Notes under the pieces: model-generated | Seen by the model: the letters and a program-made list of their open reading frames with translations, nothing else | The model's database searches: none | What the model was told of the DNA's origin: nothing | In this document: in pieces, positions 9,626 to 20,042 of the stretch | Layout of the letters: the number at the start of each line of letters is the position of its first letter | Numbering within the stretch: the first letter of the stretch is position 1 | IMG/VR virus record: IMGVR_UViG_3300046514_000858 | Span: 1 to 64,000 of that record | Direction: 5' to 3' (one strand) | Origin: a virus | Length of the DNA stretch: 64,000 nucleotides | Translations under genes and position numbers: made by a program

Positions 9626-9739
9626 ATGTGCGATCACTTCTGTCCGAACGACGCCCAGCAACTCCTGTATGGATTGATGGGATTCCTCGCGTTCATCCCG
9701 TGGGTTCGAGCTCGACTTCTTTCAAGGAGAAAGCGTTGA
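9626..9739 (+). CDS. 37-aa leaderless membrane peptide
   Basis: ATG 7 nt after CGTTCCT; MCDHFCPNDAQQLLYGLMGFLAFIPWVRARLLSRRKR. Confidence 0.5.
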   Translation: MCDHFCPNDAQQLLYGLMGFLAFIPWVRARLLSRRKR

Positions 9740-9999
9740 ACACCTACCGCATGGAGTTCCAGAGCGTCGCGAGTCACAAAGACGGCGGCGTGATGGCGAC
9801 CAAGCATCTGGTCGTGCTCGAAGCCATCTGCGCGACCGAGGCGCTGGCGGAGGCCAATCGCCGCTTTGCTTCCGCCGGGCTGTCGTCGGCCAAGTTCAAG
9901 CGCATGCTGGCCATCCGCGTGGCGCGCAAGTCCATCACCACCCGCGTGCGAGTTCAGCCGGTCCTCGCGTAACCCCTGAGCAGGAGCGTTCCTTTAGTT

Positions 10000-10218
10000 A
10001 TGGCCCACATCGAACGGAAGCCGGTCGTCTCGACCAATATCGCGTCCATCGGATACGACAAAGACGCGCTGGTGCTGGAGGTGGAGTTCCGCAAGGGCGG
10101 GATCTATCGCTACAACGATGTGACCTTCGGCGAGTACAACGCCCTCATGACCGCCGAGTCGCAGGGACGGTACTTCGCCCAGTTCATCAGGGGCAAGACC
10201 TCGGAGAAGGTGGACTGA
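10000..10218 (+). CDS. KTSC domain protein
   Basis: VVSTNIASIGYD...LEVEF..G.IYRY.DV...Y..L..AES.GRYF. Confidence 0.9.
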   Translation: MAHIERKPVVSTNIASIGYDKDALVLEVEFRKGGIYRYNDVTFGEYNALMTAESQGRYFAQFIRGKTSEKVD

Positions 10219-10511
10219 TGGGCCGCCGTAATCAGTACCTGACCGAGGGCATGGCGCAGGTCCTGCGCATCATCGACGAGAGCGACGAGAAAGAGCTCGC
10301 GCAGTCCATCCCCGGCGGCTGGTGGGTGGGCGACCAAGAGGTCGACGGGCGCGTCTGCATGGCGCTGCTACGATTCTGCCTCCTCCATCAGGAGCATGAC
10401 AGCAGCGAGACGTTCATCCGCTACACGATCAACGAGGACGGCCGAGGTGTCATGAACGATCCGACCTACGTGCCAAAGATCGTGACGGCGATGAAGGAGA
10501 AGAAGCTGTGA
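10218..10511 (+). CDS. hypothetical protein
   Basis: TGATG coupling; codon usage typical of the genome. Confidence 0.55.
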   Translation: MGRRNQYLTEGMAQVLRIIDESDEKELAQSIPGGWWVGDQEVDGRVCMALLRFCLLHQEHDSSETFIRYTINEDGRGVMNDPTYVPKIVTAMKEKKL

Positions 10512-10737
10512 ACGAACACGCGCTCATGATCGTCATCACGGTGCTGAGCCTCTGCCTTTTCCTGTGGGCCTGCTTCCCGACGCGTAAGGGCACCTACGTC
10601 GCGGGCAACTGCTTCTTCTGCCACCACTTCCGCATCATCGGGACCTGCACCAGCGTCTACACCGGCCACAAGCGCCATTGTCTGGAGTGCTGCGAGGGCA
10701 GCACTGACTGGACGCCCGAGCGCAACCGCTGACCGAG

Positions 10738-10750
10738 GTCCAAGTGGGTG
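10738..10750 (+). promoter_or_regulatory. Class III (late) promoter GTCCAAG-N4-YR before the ART cassette
   Basis: GTCCAAG-tggg-TG; same motif precedes most morphogenesis genes. Confidence 0.75.
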
Positions 10751-11505
10751 TGCAGAACGACCGTCCGCCGAGTGATTTCGACCATCCCTTCATCAAGGGT
10801 GGCTCAGGCTCCGGCAACTACGGACATCAGGGTCGCAGCGGTGAGCGAGGCGGCAGCGCGCCCGGCCAGCCCCGATCCGTGGCGGGCAAGGAGTTCAAGG
10901 GCTTCCCTCCGGCCACGAGCCCCCGCAAGGGCAAGGGCGAAAAGGTCGACGGCAAGAAGTTCGGCGCAAAACTTACAGAAGCAGAATCCAAGGCGCTGTC
11001 CGATTACGTGAATCAGGGCAGCAGCAACATCAACGATCATCTTCGCAACGGCAAGGCGTTGTTTCCCGAGTACAACGACCACATTGCCGCGGTCAATTCC
11101 GCCATCGCCAAGGGCGACAACTCCGAGCGTCTGCTCTATCGCGGCGCGCGGATCCAGTCCATGGAATCTCCCGCCTTCGACTACAGCACCGAGCGCCGGG
11201 CGTTCGTGCAGAAGTTCGAGGACCAGATCGGGAAGACCGTCACCATGAAGGGCTTCCAGAGCACGACGACTAGCCCCGAGCTGGCGGCCGAATTCGCTGG
11301 CGTGAACGACAATCCGATCTTCGAGATCCGCGCGAAGGGCGGCGCGCCCATCGGTGATCTGTTCGGCGCGAAGGAGAACGAGGTCGTGCTGCCTCACGGC
11401 GCGAAGTACAAAGTGCTCGACGTTGTGCACAACGTGAAGTTCAACAATCCCAAGTACGGTGATCGCCGGAATCGGTTCACGGTGATTCGACTGGAGATGC
11501 AGTGA
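10750..11505 (+). CDS. Arg-type ADP-ribosyltransferase (VIP2/Alt-like) with Gly-rich virion-targeting-like leader
   Basis: LYRG, FQSTT and ENEVVLP (R-S-ExE); N-terminus FDHPFIK|GGSGSGNYGHQGRSGERGGSAPG; GTG at 10750 preferred because it lies at the motif's YR position. Confidence 0.85.
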   Translation: MQNDRPPSDFDHPFIKGGSGSGNYGHQGRSGERGGSAPGQPRSVAGKEFKGFPPATSPRKGKGEKVDGKKFGAKLTEAESKALSDYVNQGSSNINDHLRNGKALFPEYNDHIAAVNSAIAKGDNSERLLYRGARIQSMESPAFDYSTERRAFVQKFEDQIGKTVTMKGFQSTTTSPELAAEFAGVNDNPIFEIRAKGGAPIGDLFGAKENEVVLPHGAKYKVLDVVHNVKFNNPKYGDRRNRFTVIRLEMQ

Positions 11506-11588
11506 TGCACGATCCGAAGGAACGGCCCGAGTCCGAGCTCGAAGACAAGTTCCAGCAGCCGGTCGACGGGATCGAGTTCGATAATTAG
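11505..11588 (+). CDS. 27-aa acidic peptide, candidate ART immunity protein
   Basis: TGATG-coupled to the ART; MHDPKERPESELEDKFQQPVDGIEFDN*. Confidence 0.5.
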   Translation: MHDPKERPESELEDKFQQPVDGIEFDN

Positions 11589-11869
11589 ACCGCCGGGCAA
11601 TCCAAGAAATGGATCTGGGATGCCTGCGCAGTCCACGATCCGCTGCCCTTGAAGTCCCAGTAGAAGCGCAGCGACATCATTCCTTTCGCGATTTTCTGTC
11701 CGCACTCCTTACAGGTCGCGCGCCCGGTCGCGGTTACCAGTTCGAGGCAGCCGTACTCGATATACTGTCCGCCCCGGTCGAGATTGTCGAGCCGCTCTCC
11801 TGACACGGCATGTTGCTGGCCCACTTCGCGGATCCCCTGAGCCTGCCACTCCTTCAGCATATTCGCCAT
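11585..11869 (-). CDS. PARP-type zinc-finger protein
   Basis: ATGRATCKECGQKIAKG...IHFLDC (C-x2-C...H-x3-C); GGAGG RBS. Confidence 0.65.
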   Translation of the reverse strand: MANMLKEWQAQGIREVGQQHAVSGERLDNLDRGGQYIEYGCLELVTATGRATCKECGQKIAKGMMSLRFYWDFKGSGSWTAQASQIHFLDCPAV

Positions 11870-11877
11870 ATTTCCTC

Positions 11878-12420
11878 CTACCCTGCAGCGCTCACGATCA
11901 GGTCCACTGCCGCGGCAATCACCTCTGTCGCCAGCGACCGATCCACCCCGCCGATCATATCCACCAGCGCCAGAGATTCTATCCCGTACATCTCCCGGAA
12001 TTTCGGATCCGGGTTCGCGAGCATTCCCCGCAGATTGTCGAGCCGATCCAGCATCTTCAGGATCTTCACGGCCGGGCACTGCTGCCCAAGCCGCGCCGTT
12101 TCCATCTTCTTCCGATCCTTCCGCGGCACCACGCCCTTGAGGGCCTTCGTCGAGTTCGTCAGCCCCATCACCAAGACAAGCACATCCATCCCGCAGGCGG
12201 CCTCGATTTCCGCGGGGGTCAATGCCGTGTCCTCCAGTGAATCGTGGAGGAAGGCAGCGGCCACGAGCTCCGGCGTCGCGTCCGCCCGCGCGGCCATCAT
12301 CGCAGCCACCCGCGAGGGATGGACGAAATAGGGGGTTCCTTCAAACTTCCGCATCTGGCCTTCGTGGGCCTTCTGGCCCAGCTCCCGGGCCCGGACCACG
12401 AGGGGATCGCTCATCAGCAC
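11878..12420 (-). CDS. small alarmone hydrolase (Mesh1/SpoT-type HD domain)
   Basis: AHEGQ.RK..G.PY..HP, AA.LHDSLEDT, LV..LT, K..DRLDNLR. Confidence 0.85.
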   Translation of the reverse strand: MLMSDPLVVRARELGQKAHEGQMRKFEGTPYFVHPSRVAAMMAARADATPELVAAAFLHDSLEDTALTPAEIEAACGMDVLVLVMGLTNSTKALKGVVPRKDRKKMETARLGQQCPAVKILKMLDRLDNLRGMLANPDPKFREMYGIESLALVDMIGGVDRSLATEVIAAAVDLIVSAAG

Positions 12421-12428
12421 GTATTGGA

Positions 12429-12490
12429 GACGACCAGCCGTGCGAAATATAACGAAGAATTTGTTGTAATATCCAGAGGGGTGCGAAGTC
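12429..12490. promoter_or_regulatory. divergent Class I (early, ECF-type) promoter variants
   Basis: Minus strand CGTTAT-N16-CGTC (12454-12429); plus strand TGTAAT-N16-AGTC (12465-12490). Confidence 0.6.
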
Positions 12491-12506
12491 TCAACAATGG
12501 AGGTGA

Positions 12507-13322
12507 TTGATGGCGATTCGAGTGATGGTCAGCAAGGAACGGGCCGAGGAGCTGCTCGCGGCGGGCTCCAAGAAGATCGAGATCGTCCGGGACTATCCCG
12601 GCGCGGAGGAAGGTCGGATCTACCACGATTACGACAACTGCCCGATCCGGCAGGAAGAGAAGAAGACGGGTTTCATCGTCGGGAATCCCATCGCAGTCAT
12701 GATCGGCTGCACCAGCAACTGCCGCCCCGGCGGCCCGCTCTACATGGAGACTTCCCACGAGGGACTGGTTCTTTCCCTGCGCGAGCGGAACGGCTACGAG
12801 GACTCGGACTTCTATGCCCGGGTCTGGGATCCCATCAAGAAGACGACCAACGAGGTGACGTACGCCACGACCCGCGGCTGGAGCTATCCCAACAACGCGT
12901 GGGTCGACGCCACGCCCGAGGTGCTGGCGGAGTACGAGGAGTACAAGACCAAGCGCGACGAGGCCCTCGCCCGGGCCGCCGACAAATGCCGGAAGGACGA
13001 GGCCGCCCTCCGCTTCGCCCAAGAGCTCCTGATGCCCAAGCTGGGCCGCCGGGTGGTGGTCTTCAAGGGCCGGAAGGTTCCGGTCGGCACCGAGGGCGTC
13101 GTGATCTGGGAAGGCGACGGACAGTGGGGCACGCGGATCGGCATCAAGCGGGACGACGGCGGGCTGGAGTGGACGGCGGCCAGCAACGCCAAGGTGATTG
13201 CGCCCGACGCCGACGCGCTCCTCGACGTGGTCCAGATCGCCCTGTCCACCATCGCGTCGGAGAAGGAAATCAACGACCTCAAACTGTGCCACCTGATGGC
13301 GTCTGTGGGGATCCCGTGGTAA
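12507..13322 (+). CDS. hypothetical protein with SH3/KOW-like C-terminal barrel
   Basis: GGAGG RBS; VVVFKGRKVPVGTEGVVIW. Confidence 0.65.
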   Translation: MMAIRVMVSKERAEELLAAGSKKIEIVRDYPGAEEGRIYHDYDNCPIRQEEKKTGFIVGNPIAVMIGCTSNCRPGGPLYMETSHEGLVLSLRERNGYEDSDFYARVWDPIKKTTNEVTYATTRGWSYPNNAWVDATPEVLAEYEEYKTKRDEALARAADKCRKDEAALRFAQELLMPKLGRRVVVFKGRKVPVGTEGVVIWEGDGQWGTRIGIKRDDGGLEWTAASNAKVIAPDADALLDVVQIALSTIASEKEINDLKLCHLMASVGIPW

Positions 13323-13510
13323 TGCCCAAGTGCAAACTCTGCCGGAACGCGGCGGAGATGAGCTACGAGGTCCAGCGCGACAAGCCTATCCCGCTGTGCG
13401 GCAAGTGCTTCGGAAGCTGGGCTCCGCCGGAGCTGAACAGCCTACTCGGCATCACGCCCGACGACGAGCCCACGATTCCCTGTAATGCCGCGCCCCCGGC
13501 GGCGTCTTAG
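13322..13510 (+). CDS. small Cys4 zinc-finger protein
   Basis: MPKCKLC...LCGKC; coupled start. Confidence 0.5.
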   Translation: MPKCKLCRNAAEMSYEVQRDKPIPLCGKCFGSWAPPELNSLLGITPDDEPTIPCNAAPPAAS

Positions 13511-13517
13511 AATCGTG

Positions 13518-14069
13518 ATGAGCAAGGAGAAGCGAGTGGAAAAAGTGGAAGAGATGCGCGTCAACTCGAACGGCATGGAGATCGAGTCCTGCGGGCGCTG
13601 CGGCGGCTCCGGGCATTACTCCTACTGCCAGATGTACGGCACGACCTGCTTCGGCTGCAGCGGCTCGGGCCTGCGCTTCACGAAGCGCGGCGCGGCGGCG
13701 AACGCGTTCCTGACCCAGATCCGGTCGAAGCCCATCGCGGAGCTCTCGGTCGGGATGGAAATCTGGGATGATCCCTACTTCTCGAAGGCGGGCTGGGCCA
13801 AGATCGTGGCCTTCACGCCCAGCGAGCAGAGCTCGTGGAGCGTGGTGAACGGCGAGAAGGTGATCGTGCCCGGCACCTACGTCACGATGGAGACCGAGAA
13901 GTGCACCCACTCCGCGCTGCGGATGGAAGAGAGCAAGCTCTACCGGGTGCGGCAGAGCGCGGCCGACGCCGAGATCACGCGGATCCGGGCGATGGCCTTT
14001 CAGGACACGCTGAGCAAGAAGGGCGAACCCAAGAAAGTGAAACCCGCCAAGTCGGCGGCGAAGAAATAA
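13518..14069 (+). CDS. DnaJ-type CxxCxGxG zinc-finger protein
   Basis: CGRCGGSG...CFGCSGSG; Class I promoter at 13481-13506. Confidence 0.65.
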   Translation: MSKEKRVEKVEEMRVNSNGMEIESCGRCGGSGHYSYCQMYGTTCFGCSGSGLRFTKRGAAANAFLTQIRSKPIAELSVGMEIWDDPYFSKAGWAKIVAFTPSEQSSWSVVNGEKVIVPGTYVTMETEKCTHSALRMEESKLYRVRQSAADAEITRIRAMAFQDTLSKKGEPKKVKPAKSAAKK

Positions 14070-14295
14070 GGAGAACGGACCATGGGCAAGCGCAAGATCG
14101 TTCTGAAGCAGCTCGCGTCGTCCCCACTCGCGAAGTCGCCGGGCGTGCAGTACGAGGTCGTCCAGATGTCGAACACCGTGCAGTTCTCCATCGGCGACCG
14201 CCTCGGCAAGGCCGACGTCGACCACCTCCTCAGCAAGTCCTACATGGAAGTCGTGATCAAGTAATGCGCGAGCGCGCGCGTTCTTAGGAGAAGAG

Positions 14296-14631
14296 ATGGA
14301 CGCTTTCACGAGACTCAAGGCCAAGTTGCAGACGCTCGCCACCAATCGGTGGCGGAAGCTCTCGATCAAGGATCGCGAGGGCTGCATCCGCCTGACCTAT
14401 GTCGGCGCGCCCGAGAAGTCCATCAAGCGCATGGCCCGGGCCCGTACGCCCGCCGATTACCACGAGCTGCGCGTCATGATTCGTCTCTACACCGAGCTGG
14501 TGATCAAGAGCAATCCCAAGAAGCGCGCGGCCGAGCTCAAGCGTCTCAAGGATCGCTTCCCGTTCGCGGATACCGTCAAGGAATCCAACTGGCTGCGCGA
14601 GAAAATCCGTTTCTACGAGAGCGAGGATTGA
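14296..14631 (+). CDS. basic hypothetical protein
   Basis: AGGAG RBS and Class II motif upstream. Confidence 0.55.
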   Translation: MDAFTRLKAKLQTLATNRWRKLSIKDREGCIRLTYVGAPEKSIKRMARARTPADYHELRVMIRLYTELVIKSNPKKRAAELKRLKDRFPFADTVKESNWLREKIRFYESED

Positions 14632-14632
14632 C

Positions 14633-15250
14633 GTGAAGAAGCTGACCAAGAAAGACTGGGTCGCCCGCGGTGTTCACAACAACTCCGAAGTCGCCAAGCT
14701 CGGAGGCGCGACGATCTATCTCTCGTATCGTACAGCCGAGACCGGCCGCGCGTCTCAATCCGCCGCGTGGCAGGTCATCGACGTGAATGGCAAGAGCGAC
14801 CCGAACGCACATTGGCGCGACTACGGCAACGCGACCTTCTCGCTCTGGAATCGCACCGAGAACCAGAAGCGTCTCGACGAGGCAAAGAAGTTCGCGACCG
14901 AGAAGTATGGGATCAAGGAGTGGGAGAAGGGCGGCCCGTACGGCGACTGGTTCCCCGAAGGAACGCTGGCCATGGCCGCTCACGCGACCGAGGCGTTTGA
15001 TCCGAAGAATCGCATGGACGTCGAGATCATTGTCCGCGGGCCGATAAGGTGCGGCAAGACGACGTTGTCGCACATGATCGACGGTCTGCTGAAAAGCAAA
15101 GCCTTCGAGTCTCAGGTCATCGACCGCGTCAAACCGGGCGTGGTCGAAAATGAGAAGGTGAACGACGAAGCCCTGAATCATCCCTATCATGTCTTCGGCA
15201 AGCGCGTCAAGATCACGATTCGGACGGAGCAGACGCAGCGGACTTCGTAA
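14633..15250 (+). CDS. hypothetical protein with C-terminal P-loop-like motif
   Basis: IIVRGPIRCGKTT near the C-terminus; possibly a fusion. Confidence 0.5.
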   Translation: MKKLTKKDWVARGVHNNSEVAKLGGATIYLSYRTAETGRASQSAAWQVIDVNGKSDPNAHWRDYGNATFSLWNRTENQKRLDEAKKFATEKYGIKEWEKGGPYGDWFPEGTLAMAAHATEAFDPKNRMDVEIIVRGPIRCGKTTLSHMIDGLLKSKAFESQVIDRVKPGVVENEKVNDEALNHPYHVFGKRVKITIRTEQTQRTS

Positions 15251-15413
15251 TTGAACGCTATGAAGAAGCCTAAAAGAAAACGAAGGCTGCCACTCTGTTG
15301 GCTGTGCCGCAGCAGACTCCGGGAGGGATGGAAGTGGGTCGCCAGCAAATGCGGCCTTGTGCGAATGCATCCCAAGTGTCGTAAATTTTACTGGACATAG
15401 ACGAAAGAGCTAT
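15250..15413 (+). repeat. 164-bp repeat, copy 1 (inverted copy at 41181-41344); encodes a 46-aa basic Cys/His peptide at 15260-15400
   Basis: Direct comparison gives 11 substitutions over 164 nt and no indels. Confidence 0.92.
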
Positions 15414-15428
15414 TCGAGGGTAGACACT

Positions 15429-15848
15429 ATGCCGAAGACGCTATACGCCTGCCTGATTTGCGGACGCAATTTCGAGGCAGAACCACAAGCCGTCCTGTGC
15501 GAGACGCGGCCCGAGGACAAGCCGCTTGCCAAGGTCGGGGACATCTGCACGGTCGGTGGCGACCGCTTCGGTTGGTGCGACGGCGACCGACGCTGGCTGG
15601 TCAATCCGAAGGCCGAGAAGGGGCTCCAGTTTTACTACGTCCTGACCCACATCGACGGAGATCCGGAGAACCCCCATAGGACTCGCTACCACTTCTTCAC
15701 GAAAGCGATGAGCCCCAAGAGCGGCTACAACAAGGGTACGACGTTCAACGTCCACCACTTTACGCCGCGATTGATTCTGGAGCCCCCGGCCTTCGTCGTG
15801 AATGACTCAAAGGATCTGGTTGGGAAGATCGCGGAATACATTCTGTGA
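15429..15848 (+). CDS. hypothetical protein with N-terminal CxxC
   Basis: MPKTLYACLICG...; ORF integrity. Confidence 0.55.
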   Translation: MPKTLYACLICGRNFEAEPQAVLCETRPEDKPLAKVGDICTVGGDRFGWCDGDRRWLVNPKAEKGLQFYYVLTHIDGDPENPHRTRYHFFTKAMSPKSGYNKGTTFNVHHFTPRLILEPPAFVVNDSKDLVGKIAEYIL

Positions 15849-15859
15849 GAGACGAATCG

Positions 15860-18800
15860 TGACTACTGCGAATGATATTACACAGGCGGATTTCGATCTT
15901 GCTTGGTCGATCTTAGCGTGCCGTCCATGCAAAAACACCTACGCATGTAGCGAAGGTGAGGGCGGAAATAAGTGGGCAATTCAAGGGGCCGCCGAATGCG
16001 GCTCATGTTTGGCTGAACTGATTGCCGGACTTCGCCAATCCCAAGAAGGGCAGTAGACGAATAATGACAACTCCAAATCACGTCGACTTCGGCACCCTTG
16101 GCGTGCACAACATCCAGTACTACAACGACGACACCGGTTATGGCATGACCGAGTGTGGTCTGTGTATTTTCCCCGGAGATGTGGCGAACACCGACAAGCC
16201 GATTGACGGTTGCAACTATTGCACGCCAGAGAAAACTCAGGAGAAAGCATGAAGGCGATCAAGGTCGACAAATATCTATGCTCCGTCTGCGAGACGGCCT
16301 TCGATCACACATCGAACGCCGAACGATGCGAAGCTGTACATGCGCGTCTCCTTGCGATCTATAAGATCGGAGCCAACGTCAGATGGTCCAGTAGCTGTGG
16401 CGATTACGGTTACTACGTCTACGGACAGGTGGTCGGCTTCGCGGGTCTCGGCAAGCTGGTCATTCAGCAAAAAAATTACGACATGCAAGGGAGTGACCGC
16501 AGCATCAAGGATACGGCAGTGCTCACGCTCGTTGACGACGACGGGAAGGAAATCAGATGAAGATCCCGAATGTCGCGCAGTGCGAACGTTCCTAGAGGAT
16601 AGATGAAACAGTTCGGTGAAGTTGGGGGCCTCAGCATGCAGAACCACGGGCGCAAGGCGCGCGTGGGTTCGATCCGTCTCAAGGATCGCTGGAAGGTGCA
16701 GATCCAAATTGCGCCAGTGCCGGACAACGGCAACGCCCCCACCGCCATGTGCATGGAGCCCGCGACCGCGAGAGAGTTTGCGGCACATATCCTCAGCGTC
16801 GCGCATCTCGTGGATTCTATGCCCAACGAGGTGGCCGCGGTCAAGCACGATGCCGCGCAGACCGCCAAGATCAACTCCGGCATTCGCTACGAACAGCAGC
16901 GCCGTGCACGCGACATCATGCAGGCGGAGAACGAGGTCGCCCGTCTCAAAGGCCAGAAGCTGCCACATCCCGAGGAAGATTTCTGATGCACACGAAAGAG
17001 CCGTGGAGTCGTGGCCAGCTCCTGAATACCGCGATCACGCGGACGTGGAGCAAGGAAGCTCGTGAGGCCGCCGAAGAGGAAGAGCGCCAGTACGTTTTCG
17101 CAAATTTCTCGCCCTCTGATGAGGGCCGGGGGCGAAAACTAATCGCGCGCGTCTTCCCCGGTCACGACTTCGAGGGCAACCACCGGCTCATCACCGCGGC
17201 ACCCGATCTACTGTTCGCGGTGAACGCCGCGATCTCGGTGATCAATCCGTGCCGGGAGATCGATTTCACAGTACTGGAGATCCTGCGCTCCGCGCGCAAG
17301 ATCGCGACGAGAGGGAGAAAGAGTGATGCGTGACAATATCTGGGAAGTGCAAATCCTCCAAAACGGCGTCCATGCGACGTACAGATTCGAACCGAAGCCC
17401 GACGTCGAATTCGTGAACTCCCATTACACCAAGGTCAGCGGCATCACCGAGATGGGCGACCAACTGGAGCTCCGCATCGGCACTCAGCAGGTATGGAGCA
17501 TGATGGGGCCGATCAAGGAACGCGATCTGTGCGACAGGGGTAGCTGATGCCCGTGAAACTCCCATTCCCGGAGAAGGTGATCCAGCGTCTCGCCGCTCGC
17601 ATGTATCGAGCCGCGGTGGACTTCGGTTACCCAGACGTGACGATGCAGGAGATCGAGGACGCCACACGCAAGGCTCTGCGTGGCGAAGTCCCGTCTGGTC
17701 CGCCTTCGAGACTTGTGATCGAGATGCTGATCCGCGGATGGATGGAGGATGCGAAGGTCATCGATCCCATCCGGAAGAATCCCATCAAGAAGCCCCGGAA
17801 GAAACGGCACAAGGTCCATTTCTGCACCGGCTACTCCTGCACGACGTGCAACAAGCCCCATCCCACCAAGTGCGGGTCCTGCGGGAAACAGAGCCACTTC
17901 GGGAGATGCCATGAGTGATCCGCGCGTGCAGGCCGCCTACGAGTTCTCCCGGATCCTGATCGACGAGTACACGCAGGATCAGTACCTGCATCGGGAGGAC
18001 GCCAAGGCCATCGTCAAGGTCGCCAAGCGTATGCAGGACCTCCTGCTCACCACCAAGCCGCTGGACGAGCCGATCACCGAGGGCAAGAGACTCTCGTGCA
18101 TCTGCGGGTGGGGCCGGATCAGCCCCATCACGCCCAACAAGCTGACCACCGAGCAACTGATCCGAGACGTCGAGAAGCTGCCCGGCCACAATGACGAGTG
18201 CCCGGGATGCTGCGAGGGCATGAGGCAGCAGGTCATCCATTACCTCAAAGGTGGATTGCTGTGACCGAGACAGTCTACACCGATCCGGATTTTTTCAGTA
18301 GTGACTGGATCCGGGCGCACGGACCCCCTGACGCAGAGCCGGTCCATCTTGCCTTGAAACCAAAGGCGGGCGGATCGATTCGACAACTCGACGTCAAAGC
18401 TCGTTTCGACAAATGGTCTGGCCAGCTCACATTCTTCAACTGGGCTGTTCGACAGCTCAAGGGAGAGCATGGCGACACCCTCTGGATCGACTACCGCGAC
18501 CGCGGAGGGTTCAGCAAGGCGTATCGGGTCGTCGACGCCGCGGTCCACTACGGATCCATCCAGCGTGTACCTGAGAGCACATTCCGATATGAAGGGGTTG
18601 ACGCATGAGCCGTGAAACAGTCGAGGTCAAGTGGTTGCGTTCCGGACAGCCCCGGCGCTATGCCGACACCGTTCGGGAGGCCGAGATCATCGTGAAGGGG
18701 TACGTCGACGACGGCACCATTGAGAAGCAGAGCTCGTGGGATCCGGGAGAATCCGTCATCCGGGATCTCGCGCGCGTGCTCGTTGCGGACTTCGACGATC

Positions 18801-19820
18801 AGCCCACCCACGGACTCCAGCATCATCTCGAATCCATCAAGAAGCTCGCCCCGGGCCACTGGCGCGTCCTGATCATCGAACCGTATTGCGACTGAAGGAG
18901 ATCCCATGAACACCGCCGCCGCGATCTGTCTCGCCCTGACCTGTTTCTTCGGCATCGTCGCCGCCGTGCTCGCCTGCATTGCCATCCTGAGCATGCTCCT
19001 GATGCCCACGTACGTGGAACCCCCGCCCGAATCGAGCAATAGCTGGCGGGACCCCCGCGGGCACCGCTGGAGCGGCTGGCCGGGCGCGTACTGCTGGTAC
19101 TGCTACCACGAAGACCCCATGGAGATCGCCATCGCCGACTGGCTTGATCCGTTCGACGAGATCAGCGTGCGACACTTCACGAGCACCCTACAGCCCTGCC
19201 CCATCGGCGACGCAATCAAAGACCGCATCGACCTCGACATGAACCCGCGGAAGCCCTTGTGACCGTCTGGAAGTGCTACAACGGGTGGATGGGGAACGGC
19301 CCCGTGCGCGTGTACGTGATCGCCGAGACCGCCGCGCGCGCCCAAGAGCTGGCCCACATGCAGTACCGCAAGGAGAAGCCCCGCGACCCGAGCTGGTTCA
19401 AGACCCCGGCCGAGATCGACGTGGAGAGGCTGCTGGACTGCGCGCCGGGCCATGTGACCCCTTCGAGCGACGATTGACCCCATGAACCTCAAAGAGCTCG
19501 TCCCGTGTCGGGAATGCGGGAAGCACATCCCGGATTTCGACGTGCCGTACCTCGTCTGCCGCCAGTGCTTCAACCAGCCCGCCCCACGGGAGAGGGCCAC
19601 CAAGAGGCACTGGTGCCCGATCTGCCGCTACGGCATCATGCCCGGCGAGCGTGTGAAGCTCAACTACGGATCCGGCCGCTGGGTGCACGACTACTGCTGG
19701 AAGCCCGCCTTCCGCATCCCGGAGATCCACTGCCCCTGCCGGGACTGCGGCCGGGCGATCCATTACCGCGGAGGCCGATGTGCCCCGTGTGCCCGGAAGA
19801 CCGAATACTCCCAAAACTGA
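15860..19820 (+). other. tightly packed array of about 13 small hypothetical ORFs, many Cys-rich (e.g. 16603-16986, 16986-17333, 17547-17918, 17911-18264, 18605-18895, 18906-19262, 19482-19820)
   Basis: Overlapping ATGA/TGATG junctions on one strand; 16986-17333 has HTxxPW...RLITAAPDLL; no functional motifs recognised. Confidence 0.6.
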
Positions 19821-20042
19821 AAGGACAGCGCCCAGTGCGGAGGCCCTAGAAGGCGATTTAACGCGTTTTCCGGCGAGGGGTGGTGCTCTGAGTCCTCCTG
19901 CACGGAATGCGCTCGATGGCGACGGCAGCGCGCGCGGCGGCAGGGGGTTCTGGGGGAAGGGGACCCCGGGAGGACATAGGCCACAAGTCCGGTCCAAGAG
20001 AGTGTAAAGCGGACCTTACATCGAGTAAAGCGGGGTTTACAA

